From an uncultured Gammaproteobacteria bacterium (GTDB lineage: Bacteria > Patescibacteriota > Microgenomatia > Levybacterales > UBA12049), in assembly GCA_964416445.1 (NCBI GenBank), contig CAYQEE010000006.1, positions 21,230 through 85,229 of the forward strand: a DNA stretch of 64,000 nt, written 5' to 3'. The notes under the pieces are model-generated. The model did not search any database. It was not told where the DNA came from and worked only from the letters and a program-made list of their open reading frames with translations. Of the stretch, positions 33,217 to 42,002 are shown in pieces. How positions within the stretch are numbered: position 1 is the stretch's first letter; every line of letters begins with the position of its first letter. Both the position numbers and the translations under genes were made by a program.

Positions 33217-34687
33217 AAATTGTTGTCCGATCTATAGTAAGTCTAGGTGTATATTGATTGAGCGAATAAGGTAAGGCTGGTTCATTAGGAAAAATTATTA
33301 TATACTTTGGTTTGATTTGTGCAAGTATCATTGCAGTTTCTTTCATATTACTTGCACTACTGTCCATATGATAAGCGACAATAAATCGTCCTAGTGGAAG
33401 GGTATTGGTTATCATATAGATCTGAGGGATATCCCCCCAAATGAAAACTCTATCGTTTGGTTTTTTTGTATTGTTAATATATTGGGCAAGTGTTGCATTA
33501 CGAATAGTAACTTTGTCGAAAAATGTATCATATTGTGCTGTTGATTTTTGTTGCATGGTATAGCCAATGAAGTTTCCATAGTATCCAAACAAATACTTAG
33601 GTATTCGTGTATGCAGTCCAAATGGTATATCAATAAGGATAAGTAAACTCAGCATACCTAGGGTAAAAGGGCGTGAAGTTCTTTTCTGAGAAAACCAAAG
33701 TCCAAAACCTAATGATAAACTGGAGAGAATCATGAGAACGTAATGTGTATATGGCCGTTGCGAAAAGAAAATATCAAACAGAGAAAAAACAATCCAAAGA
33801 AAAATGAATAGCTGTGTATGGGTAAACTTTTTACGGAAATAGAAAAGCAAGAGAGTCAAAAGGCAAAGAATACCAAGTTTTACCATAAGAAGGCCACGAG
33901 GAATAACGAAGGTATTTCCATAGGCGACATAATTAACATTACTAAAAAATGCTGAAATAAAGAATGCATGGAGATTCCCTTGAAAGAAAAAAATAATACT
34001 GGTAAGCAGAAAGGGGACAAAAAAACCAGCAACAAAGATACCCAGTATTTTCATTTGTTTTTGTATTTCTGAAAGTTTTGTATAAGAAATAAAAAAGAGA
34101 TAAATAAAAAATGCCGTAAAATCAAAAAAAGCAACAATTTTTGTAAGAAATGCAATGCCAAGGGCAATACCTGCAATGAGTAATAAAATAAGGTGTGCAA
34201 AAGATGGTTTAGTTACTGGTTTCTGTTGAGCTACCATGTAGACAACGATTGCTGCCAAAAGAATAGGTAGGAGCATGAAATTTTCAGCATTTGCTATATT
34301 TCCCTCCAGAAAGGGTGTTGCAAAGAGAAACGCAAATATTCCTGTTGTAATAAATTGTATCTTTTCCTGCAAAAATAATTTTTTCGAAAGAAAATAAAAT
34401 GCGATGACTGTGCAAAGTCCTACGCATAAAGAGAAAATTCTGACGCTTGTTTGATCGCCATTAAAAAATGCATAGAGTACATATAAAAGTGGTGGTTTAT
34501 TATCCCAAATGCCTGTATATAGGATTCTTCCTTGTTTGAGTGCTGTCCCAATCACTTGATAGATTCCCTCATCCCCATACCAATAAGGTTCAAAAATAGA
34601 GGGCAATCGAAGAAGAAAAAAAAGAAATACCGTGAGGAGAAGAAACCATGTAGATTTTTGCTTCTCAAGTTTATGAAGAAGTTTCAT
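33200..34687 (-). CDS. GT-C-fold glycosyltransferase (ArnT/PMT-like, GT39/GT83-type).
   Basis: The 495-aa protein has about 12 TM helices and a first-loop acidic motif YWYGDEGIY. Confidence 0.65.
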   Translation of the reverse strand: MKLLHKLEKQKSTWFLLLTVFLFFLLRLPSIFEPYWYGDEGIYQVIGTALKQGRILYTGIWDNKPPLLYVLYAFFNGDQTSVRIFSLCVGLCTVIAFYFLSKKLFLQEKIQFITTGIFAFLFATPFLEGNIANAENFMLLPILLAAIVVYMVAQQKPVTKPSFAHLILLLIAGIALGIAFLTKIVAFFDFTAFFIYLFFISYTKLSEIQKQMKILGIFVAGFFVPFLLTSIIFFFQGNLHAFFISAFFSNVNYVAYGNTFVIPRGLLMVKLGILCLLTLLLFYFRKKFTHTQLFIFLWIVFSLFDIFFSQRPYTHYVLMILSSLSLGFGLWFSQKRTSRPFTLGMLSLLILIDIPFGLHTRIPKYLFGYYGNFIGYTMQQKSTAQYDTFFDKVTIRNATLAQYINNTKKPNDRVFIWGDIPQIYMITNTLPLGRFIVAYHMDSSASNMKETAMILAQIKPKYIIIFPNEPALPYSLNQYTPRLTIDRTTIYEKIL

Positions 34688-36177
34688 AATTTTTCAGTTA
34701 CTTTATATTCAATTCGTTTCCCAAACATTAGTTGTGTATGAGAAATAAGGGCTGGAAGAGCGCCAAGGAAAAAACCAACAATAGGAAGTAACACTAATTC
34801 AAGCGGAAAAAGGAATTGCTTTGATTTAGAGACGACATGTCGATCTTTTCTATTTCGAAAATCAATAACAATCATGGTTAACGTTGCAAATATACATGAT
34901 GTTAAGATAAATCCTGCAAGTCGAGGAAGGTTATAACCTAAATCAGTATTCACAAACACAGGATTAACAAGAGGAATGACGTTGGCAGCGATAGTAATAA
35001 TAAACCAGTTTACCGGCCACAAAAAATGATCAAGTAAGACATGATATAACATGAGGGTTTTTCGAAAGAATGGTATTCCAGGAACTGTTAACCACCACTG
35101 AATAAAAAGTGGGTCGTCTGATACACCCCACGACCATCGTCGTTCTTGGTCATATTTATTTTTGAGACTTTTCCAATAATTTGAAGACAAAGGTGCATCC
35201 ATTGAGGTTTGCAGAAAAATTGGATCTACCCATGTATTTCCTCGCAATTTATAAAATGCCTTAAAAAAGATACGGTAATCTTCTGGAATAACATCGGTAT
35301 CCCAATATCCAATATCAACGAGCATTTTATATGATAATGAATACGTGGAATTTGAGACTAAACGGTCTCCTTGAATAAGCAGTGCTGTTCGCCATAAGCT
35401 ACTGAAAAAAGCAAGTACCCGAATAGGTGCCGGAACTTCCCAGAAATTATTATAGTTTACATTTGCTGATTGCCAAAATTTATGATTTCTTTTTGGATCA
35501 TGCAAGAAACTATTGGAAAGATAGGAAAAATATTGCGTATCAAAAATGGAATCTGCATCAACTGAAGAAATTGTTGCATAGTCAAGATCAATTTTTTTTG
35601 TTTTGACTAATCGTTCATATGCTTCTTTGGCGGCAAATGATTCATTGGAAGATTTTCCTTTTACCTCTCCGGCAATGTCAGGATGAAAGGTCGCAAAAAT
35701 ATCACCGAAAAATGGCTTAAATTCATGAATCAATTTGTCTGCTTTTTCAGGTCCTTCCGTTTCTCGTAATTCCATGGCCAGAACAATATATAAACGTTTT
35801 GTGGGAAAAGTTTGTTTGGTTATTGCGGCAAGCGTATGTCGTAACTTTTCATAGCGTTCACAATAATTGGGAATGACAATAATATGCGTAACGTTTTCAA
35901 ATTGAGCATGAGATTTTGCTTTTTCTAACCAATTTTGTGCTTCGGCATCCCGTATTTTATTTGAAGCAATCCACGCCATAATTGCTAATGAAAATGAACG
36001 ATAAAGCCAATAAACATCAAAAAGTAAAATGAAGTAAGCTAAAATATTTGGGAGAAATATCGATCCCCATAACGGGAATAAAATAAGCGTCCATGAAATT
36101 AAACCAGGGATAAGTTCAAGGGTTCGTCTTGTTTTAATAGGATAGCGTATGAAAAGTTTATTGAAAAATGAATTCAT
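34684..36177 (-). CDS. Membrane-embedded processive GT2 glycosyltransferase (cellulose/chitin/hyaluronan synthase-like).
   Basis: Motifs SSVDADS, TDVIPEDY and QERRWSWG (QxxRW) are present. There are N- and C-terminal TM helices. Confidence 0.7.
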   Translation of the reverse strand: MNSFFNKLFIRYPIKTRRTLELIPGLISWTLILFPLWGSIFLPNILAYFILLFDVYWLYRSFSLAIMAWIASNKIRDAEAQNWLEKAKSHAQFENVTHIIVIPNYCERYEKLRHTLAAITKQTFPTKRLYIVLAMELRETEGPEKADKLIHEFKPFFGDIFATFHPDIAGEVKGKSSNESFAAKEAYERLVKTKKIDLDYATISSVDADSIFDTQYFSYLSNSFLHDPKRNHKFWQSANVNYNNFWEVPAPIRVLAFFSSLWRTALLIQGDRLVSNSTYSLSYKMLVDIGYWDTDVIPEDYRIFFKAFYKLRGNTWVDPIFLQTSMDAPLSSNYWKSLKNKYDQERRWSWGVSDDPLFIQWWLTVPGIPFFRKTLMLYHVLLDHFLWPVNWFIITIAANVIPLVNPVFVNTDLGYNLPRLAGFILTSCIFATLTMIVIDFRNRKDRHVVSKSKQFLFPLELVLLPIVGFFLGALPALISHTQLMFGKRIEYKVTEKL

Positions 36178-36974
36178 AGGTGAAATAAAGTTTTTGCATT
36201 GAGAACTGTTTGCTGTTGAATCTTTTCAAATGAAACTCCCTTGATTTTTGCAAGAAACTTACCTACAAGTATAACATGGGAAGGAAGATTTCTGCTACCT
36301 CGGAATGGTACCGGAGTGAGAAAGGGTGAATCTGTTTCCGTTACTATTCGATCAAGTGGAGTTGCTTTTGCAAGATCAGTAAGTGTCGTAGTCTCTCCTG
36401 GGGCTAATCCCTTATACGTAATATTCCCATCAAAACCAATAAAAAATCCTAAATCTAATGCTCCCTTAAGAGTATCCATATCTCCTGCGAAACAATGAAA
36501 CATACCAGGTTTTGTTGCGAGAAGGTTTTTATGATGTCGTAAAATAGCGAGGATATCCTTTCCCGCGTGTCGATTATGAATTTGCAGGGGAAGGCCAACA
36601 GTATGAGCTAATACAATTTGTTTTTCAAAAACTTCTTTTTGGAGTGTTGGATCAACAATGCCATTTGATTTATAATGATAGTAATCCATACCGATTTCAC
36701 CAATTGCAACAACTTTTGGTTTTTTTGCAAGGGCTTCCAGTTGTTTTTCCCAATCAGATGATAAATCATGTTTATCTGCATGATGTGGATGAATACCGAC
36801 AATAGCATACAAATAGGGATAATGTTCAGCAAGTGCAACCGCTTTTTCACTTGAATCTATTTTTGTTCCAACATTGATGATGGTATGTACTCCTGTTGTG
36901 TGTGCTTGATGAATAATTTCGTCAACATCTTTTTCATAGGCGTGAAAGTTGAGGTGACAATGAACATCGATCAT
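36174..36974 (-). CDS. tatD: TatD-family metal-dependent hydrolase (DNase).
   Basis: The N-terminal MIDVHCHLNF and conserved His/Asp/Glu positions are present. Confidence 0.85.
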   Translation of the reverse strand: MIDVHCHLNFHAYEKDVDEIIHQAHTTGVHTIINVGTKIDSSEKAVALAEHYPYLYAIVGIHPHHADKHDLSSDWEKQLEALAKKPKVVAIGEIGMDYYHYKSNGIVDPTLQKEVFEKQIVLAHTVGLPLQIHNRHAGKDILAILRHHKNLLATKPGMFHCFAGDMDTLKGALDLGFFIGFDGNITYKGLAPGETTTLTDLAKATPLDRIVTETDSPFLTPVPFRGSRNLPSHVILVGKFLAKIKGVSFEKIQQQTVLNAKTLFHL

Positions 36975-37105
36975 CTCTCTATTATAGCAACAAAACGTTT
37001 CTCCTTGGGCTTATTGATATATTACCAGCAAAAGTTGTAAATGAATGACCTTCGTTACCAGGAAAAGAAAAAAGTGGAGAACCTTTTGAACAGTAGAGAC
37101 GAAGG

Positions 37106-38557
37106 TTAGGTAATGCGAGGAAAAAGAGGTTTTTGTGCTTTTATTTCTGGTCCTTGAAATTGTTTTTCAATTTTTTCTGCAGTTTCTGGAAGGAACGGTT
37201 CAAGAAGACCGGCAATCTCAAGTAGTTGGTCAACACAGTGTGCAAGAATAGGTTTTAATTTACTGTCTTGTCTTTTTAATAAGTCCCATGGTTTTTCTTG
37301 ATCAATAAATTGATTGAGTTTTGTAATTTTATCCCAAATGAACCCTAAGGCAATGTGGAATTGATAGGTTGATAAGCTTTCTGTATATTGTGCAACATCA
37401 AGTATATGTCCAGAAACACGATTCTCGGATCCCATCGTTTCATACTGTGATGATTCACACAATTTTGCAACTCGAGCAACAAGATTTCCCAGACCATTTG
37501 CAAGGTCAGCATTATAAACTTCTTTTAATTTCTTTTCAGAAAAATCCCCATCTGCAGTTGATAAAATTTTCCGCAAAAGAAAATAGCGAAGGGTATCAAC
37601 ACCATACTGTTCAATCAGAACAAGCGGATCAATAACATTCCCTAATGTTTTTGACATCTTCTGTCCATCAACCGTTAAGTATCCATGAACGAAAAGTGAT
37701 TTCGGAACTGCAAGTCCAGCTGATTTGAGAATGGCAGGCCAATAAATAGCATGAAAACGAATAATTCCTTTCCCAATGACCATAACATCTTGGGGCCACC
37801 ACTGCTGGTAATGTTTTTCATTCCAGCCAAATCCAATTCCCGTTTGATAAATGTTTAACGCATCAAACCAGACATACATGATTTGGTCAGGATCATTGGG
37901 AACAGGAATTCCCCATCCACGAGCGCGTTCTTTACTGCGAGAAATAGAAAAATCTTCAAGACCTTTGCGAACGAATGCCAGTGCTTCATTTTTGCGAATT
38001 TCAGGAGTTATTTGAAGCTTATCATTTTGTATTAAATCTTCTAAAAACGATTGATATTTTGATAATCTAAAAAAATAATTTTCTTCAGAAACAGTATCTA
38101 ACTTTCTTCCAGGGTGTTCAAAACATTCTCCGTTTTCATTTAATTCTTCGGGTTCATAAAACTGTTCACAGCCGACGCAATACAATCCTGTATACGATTT
38201 TTTATAAATATCGTTGTTTTTTGCACATAATTCCCATAACTTTTGTGATGAAGGGAAATGATGTTTAACATCGGATCCCCTTTGCCAAACATCAAACTTA
38301 ACATGCAACTTCTTTGCAACTGCTAAAAATTCTTCATTATGTTCATTCGTAAATTCTTGAGGGGCTTTCCCTGCTTTTTCAGCTGCTTGAAAGATTTTTA
38401 ATGCATTTTCGTCTGCACCACATAAGTAGAAAACGTCATCTCCAATAATTTTGTGATATCGGCGAATAACATCTGCATAAATAAATTCTTGCGCATGACC
38501 AATATGTGGTTTTGCGTTAACATACGGAATTGCGCTCGTGATATAAAATTTTGCCAT
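37106..38557 (-). CDS. metG: Methionyl-tRNA synthetase (short form without the C-terminal domain).
   Basis: HIGH (PHIGHA) and KMSKS (KMSKTLGN) motifs are present, plus a zinc knuckle CVGCEQF. Confidence 0.9.
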   Translation of the reverse strand: MAKFYITSAIPYVNAKPHIGHAQEFIYADVIRRYHKIIGDDVFYLCGADENALKIFQAAEKAGKAPQEFTNEHNEEFLAVAKKLHVKFDVWQRGSDVKHHFPSSQKLWELCAKNNDIYKKSYTGLYCVGCEQFYEPEELNENGECFEHPGRKLDTVSEENYFFRLSKYQSFLEDLIQNDKLQITPEIRKNEALAFVRKGLEDFSISRSKERARGWGIPVPNDPDQIMYVWFDALNIYQTGIGFGWNEKHYQQWWPQDVMVIGKGIIRFHAIYWPAILKSAGLAVPKSLFVHGYLTVDGQKMSKTLGNVIDPLVLIEQYGVDTLRYFLLRKILSTADGDFSEKKLKEVYNADLANGLGNLVARVAKLCESSQYETMGSENRVSGHILDVAQYTESLSTYQFHIALGFIWDKITKLNQFIDQEKPWDLLKRQDSKLKPILAHCVDQLLEIAGLLEPFLPETAEKIEKQFQGPEIKAQKPLFPRIT

Positions 38558-38594
38558 GGCCTCATTTTATCAGAAGGGGTAAGCTGAAACAAGG

Positions 38595-38930
38595 TTATTG
38601 TGTTTTGAGAAAAATAATTTCAAGTAAAACAAATAAAATTGTTAGCAGTAAGAGAAAAAACCAATTCGTAATTTGAAAATATCGAAAAAGTAAAAAGCAA
38701 ATAAAGAATATACTTACCAGTGTTCCCTGTAGTTTGCTTTTGATTAAATATCCCACCAAACCAAAGATAAGAAAAAAAAGTAAGATAAAAAACAAAACAA
38801 TAAGTGAAATGCTTACTCCTCCCAAGCCGATAGTATATTGAGGGGGGAAAGCATACGTCATATAGAGTAATAAAAGAAGTGAGAGTATACTAATTAACAA
38901 CAAGGTAATTTGCTTTTTGAAATATACCAT
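38595..38930 (-). CDS. Small membrane protein, hypothetical.
   Basis: The 111-aa protein has 3 TM helices. Confidence 0.35.
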   Translation of the reverse strand: MVYFKKQITLLLISILSLLLLLYMTYAFPPQYTIGLGGVSISLIVLFFILLFFLIFGLVGYLIKSKLQGTLVSIFFICFLLFRYFQITNWFFLLLLTILFVLLEIIFLKTQ

Positions 38931-38960
38931 TGGATTAGTCTAGCATAGTCGTTTGGTATC

Positions 38961-39359
38961 TTGGTACAATATGCAGGTAGTATGGTACGTTTTTGGGGAA
39001 AAGTTATACATGGGAAAAAACAAGGGAAGTCCTTTGGATTTCCAACAGCAAATATGGCATTGCATAAACCTATTGCAGAAGGTATTTATATTTCAAAAAC
39101 GAAAATTAATGGAAAACTCTATGCTTCCGCTACCTTTATTGGTCCTGCTCGTATGTTCGGAGAGAACAATACGAAAGCAGAAACATATATTCTCCATTTT
39201 CAACAAAATATTTATGATACATGGATTACCGTAACGCTTCTTAAAAAAATTCGGAATAATGAGGTTTTTTCATCAGAACAAGCATTAATTGCTCAAATGC
39301 ATGATGATATTCAAAAAGTGAAGGAATATTTTTCAAATGCTGAATCTGCATTACAGTAA
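38961..39359 (+). CDS. Stand-alone riboflavin kinase domain (RibF C-terminal type).
   Basis: The GFPTANM motif (GxPTANx) and the FxxxxR kinase pattern are present. Confidence 0.7.
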   Translation: MVQYAGSMVRFWGKVIHGKKQGKSFGFPTANMALHKPIAEGIYISKTKINGKLYASATFIGPARMFGENNTKAETYILHFQQNIYDTWITVTLLKKIRNNEVFSSEQALIAQMHDDIQKVKEYFSNAESALQ

Positions 39360-39364
39360 CTCGG

Positions 39365-40306
39365 TTAGGAATGAGGAAAATCTTCTGCCAGTTCTGCTTT
39401 TTTCCCACGAAGAGGTTTTGTAATATTGTAGATAGCAATAAGAAGGACAATGATTCCCAAGATCTGTGTGATTGAGAGTGATTTGTGAAAATAGAAATAA
39501 TCAGTAAGAACTGCTGCAGCAGGCCAGGCAAGTTCACAAAGTGTCGTAATGCGAGCAGGAGTGCGTTTCAGTCCATAATAATAGAAACAGACGGCAACAA
39601 GTCCTGTTGAAAAAGTAATTGCAAGTAACGTAAGCCACTGTGAAGAAGTGATTGCAAACAAACTGCTTGTTTGGTGTTGTCCAAAAACAAAAAGAAGTGC
39701 AAAAATAGGAGCGATGTAATATCGTAAAGCCGTCGCAGTAAGTGTTGAAACTTTATTTAATACATATTTACTAATAGCGGTAGATGCACCCCACATGAAT
39801 CCTGCTGCTAATGCAAATCCTGCTGCAATAATGGTTCCTTGTCCTGTTGAAAAATTCACTCGCATGTCTTTAAAAGTAACAAAATAAACAGCTAGTAATG
39901 CCAGTGCAGCCCACCAGAAAAATTGTCTGGTAATTTTTTCTTTGAGCAATATAGCAGCAGTTGCAATTGCCCATATCGGTTGCAATTGCTGTTGTAATAG
40001 CACAACGACAGAATATTGAATATAGTTAATTTTTTGTAATGCAGCAGTATATAAAATAGTACCAAGTGCTCCAGAAAAAATAGCAACAAGAGAAATTGCT
40101 AGCCATTCTCTGCTAGTCATTTTTTTCAAATCTTTCATCCAAAGGAAGCTGAAGAAAATAAGGACCAGTGCTCCAACTGCATGTTCATAAAAAACAATTA
40201 CTGCAGGAGGTAAAGAATAAAGGGTAATTCGTAAAAATCCATCAAAGTTCCACAATAGTGCGGTAATAATAATAAAGAGTGGTCCAAATTGTAATATTTT
40301 TTTCAT
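39365..40306 (-). CDS. EamA/DMT-family transporter.
   Basis: The protein has 10 TM helices and is about 314 aa from MKKILQF. Confidence 0.7.
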   Translation of the reverse strand: MKKILQFGPLFIIITALLWNFDGFLRITLYSLPPAVIVFYEHAVGALVLIFFSFLWMKDLKKMTSREWLAISLVAIFSGALGTILYTAALQKINYIQYSVVVLLQQQLQPIWAIATAAILLKEKITRQFFWWAALALLAVYFVTFKDMRVNFSTGQGTIIAAGFALAAGFMWGASTAISKYVLNKVSTLTATALRYYIAPIFALLFVFGQHQTSSLFAITSSQWLTLLAITFSTGLVAVCFYYYGLKRTPARITTLCELAWPAAAVLTDYFYFHKSLSITQILGIIVLLIAIYNITKPLRGKKAELAEDFPHS

Positions 40307-40630
40307 AAAAAAACACCCATTTCGGGGTGCACATAAACATATTCTCATCAATTATGATAAGAATCCATTCTTTCTTTTATCCCGACTTTACGGTCGCTAC
40401 TAGATATTCACTAGTTCCTGCAAGAAATCTTGCTCGTAGAGTTTACTACCGATTTTGACTTACACAAAACCCCGAAAGAATATCTAGATAGTAATAGCTT
40501 ATGATAAAAAAGTCAAGATGAAATGAAAGATAGACAAGAAAGAATGAGAAGAAAAGGTCAAAAAAAGTCTTCCTGTTATTTTTCCCATTGTTCATGCGAA
40601 ATTGCGGCACACTAAAAATAATATAGGTTA

Positions 40631-40658
40631 TTGACAGGGCTTGGCAGTCGTGATAAAT
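40631..40658 (+). promoter_or_regulatory. Sigma70-like promoter of the hrcA-grpE-dnaK-dnaJ operon.
   Basis: TTGACA at 40631-40636 is followed by a 16-17-nt spacer and ATAAAT at 40653-40658. Confidence 0.5.
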
Positions 40659-40667
40659 TAGTGCTAA
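40641..40667 (+). promoter_or_regulatory. CIRCE operator (HrcA binding site) overlapping the hrcA promoter.
   Basis: The site TTGGCAGTC-N9-TAGTGCTAA matches the consensus TTAGCACTC-N9-GAGTGCTAA at 7 of 9 and 8 of 9 positions, with exact 9-nt spacing. Confidence 0.65.
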
Positions 40668-40679
40668 GTCTAAAAATAT

Positions 40680-41411
40680 ATGCACGATTTAACTCAACGA
40701 CAAATACAAATATTGAAAAGTCTCATTGAGGAATATATTGAAACTGCAGATGCAGTAGGTTCAGAAACGTTAGAAAAAAAACATAATCTTAGTGCTTCAC
40801 CGGCAACCATCAGAAATGAAATGGTTACGTTGGAAAAACTCGGTTATTTGAAAAAGCCGCATACTTCAGCAGGTCGTGTTCCTACTCCAGTTGCAATGAA
40901 ATTTTATGTAAAACAACTAATGAAGGAGAAAGAATTATCAGTAGCTGAAGAAGTTGCGATGAAAGAGCGAATTTGGGATTTTCGAGAAAAAGAACAACAA
41001 TGTTTGCGAATGCTCACCAAATCACTCGCTGAAAAAACAAAAGCACTTGCTATTACTACTACGCGTGAAGGCGATATATATGCTGCAGGATACGCAAATA
41101 TCTTAGATATGCCGGAATTTTATGATATTGATATTACTAAAAATCTTCTTGCAGCATTGGATGAATATGATGCATTTGAAAGTATGTTTAAAAACTTAGA
41201 ACAAGATGAAGAAGTACATATTTTGCTTGGTGAAGAGTTGGGAACGCGGTTGAATGGACCATATGGATTTGTGTTTACTCGATATCATACACCATTGAAT
41301 TTGACCGGTGAAATTGGAGTTCTTGGTCCAACACGATTGAATTATACAGCAGTCATTCCTGTTGTAAGATACTTTGGAGACCTTATTGCAGAAATTGCAA
41401 AAGGATGGTAA
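40680..41411 (+). CDS. hrcA: Heat-inducible transcription repressor HrcA (short, 243 aa).
   Basis: The N-terminal winged-helix (LTQRQIQILKSLIEEYIETADAVGSETL) and TLEKLGYL are present. It is positioned before grpE-dnaK. Confidence 0.85.
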   Translation: MHDLTQRQIQILKSLIEEYIETADAVGSETLEKKHNLSASPATIRNEMVTLEKLGYLKKPHTSAGRVPTPVAMKFYVKQLMKEKELSVAEEVAMKERIWDFREKEQQCLRMLTKSLAEKTKALAITTTREGDIYAAGYANILDMPEFYDIDITKNLLAALDEYDAFESMFKNLEQDEEVHILLGEELGTRLNGPYGFVFTRYHTPLNLTGEIGVLGPTRLNYTAVIPVVRYFGDLIAEIAKGW

Positions 41412-41427
41412 AAAAGTAACAAACATT

Positions 41428-41925
41428 ATGGATAAAAAACATGAAATCGATTTAGAAGAACAAACCTTAGAAGAGATCGTTGAGAATACGAAAGAAGAAT
41501 CTGATGAACTAGCACATTTACAGAAGAAAGTAACGGATTATGAAGAAAAATATAAAAGAGCAATTGCTGATTATCAAAATTTACAACGTCGAACACAAGA
41601 ACAAAAATCAGAGTGGATTAAATCAGCAAATAAAGATTTACTCTTGAAACTTTTGCCAGTTTTGGATACACTAATACTAGCGGAAAAACATATAAAGGAT
41701 AAAGGCATAGCGATAAGTATCGATCAATTTATAAAAGTTTTACAACAAGAAGGATTAGAACGAATAAAAACAATTGGGGAAAAGTTTGATCCCCATACAA
41801 TGGAAGCAATTGCTACGGCAGAAGGAGAAAACGGAAAAGTTTTAGAAGAAATTCGGGCTGGTTTTCGATTATATGATACGATTCTTCGTTCTGCGCAAGT
41901 CATTGTTGGACAAAAAAGTGCGTAA
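41428..41925 (+). CDS. grpE: Nucleotide exchange factor GrpE.
   Basis: The [14 protein letters not shown] (DFDNFRKR-like) motif and a C-terminal beta domain are present. Confidence 0.85.
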   Translation: MDKKHEIDLEEQTLEEIVENTKEESDELAHLQKKVTDYEEKYKRAIADYQNLQRRTQEQKSEWIKSANKDLLLKLLPVLDTLILAEKHIKDKGIAISIDQFIKVLQQEGLERIKTIGEKFDPHTMEAIATAEGENGKVLEEIRAGFRLYDTILRSAQVIVGQKSA

Positions 41926-42002
41926 GAGATTGTTTAAAAAAAGTGAAGCGTTCACTTTGTTTAAAGAATAAATTACGCTATAATAGAAAGAAGGAAAAAT
42001 AT

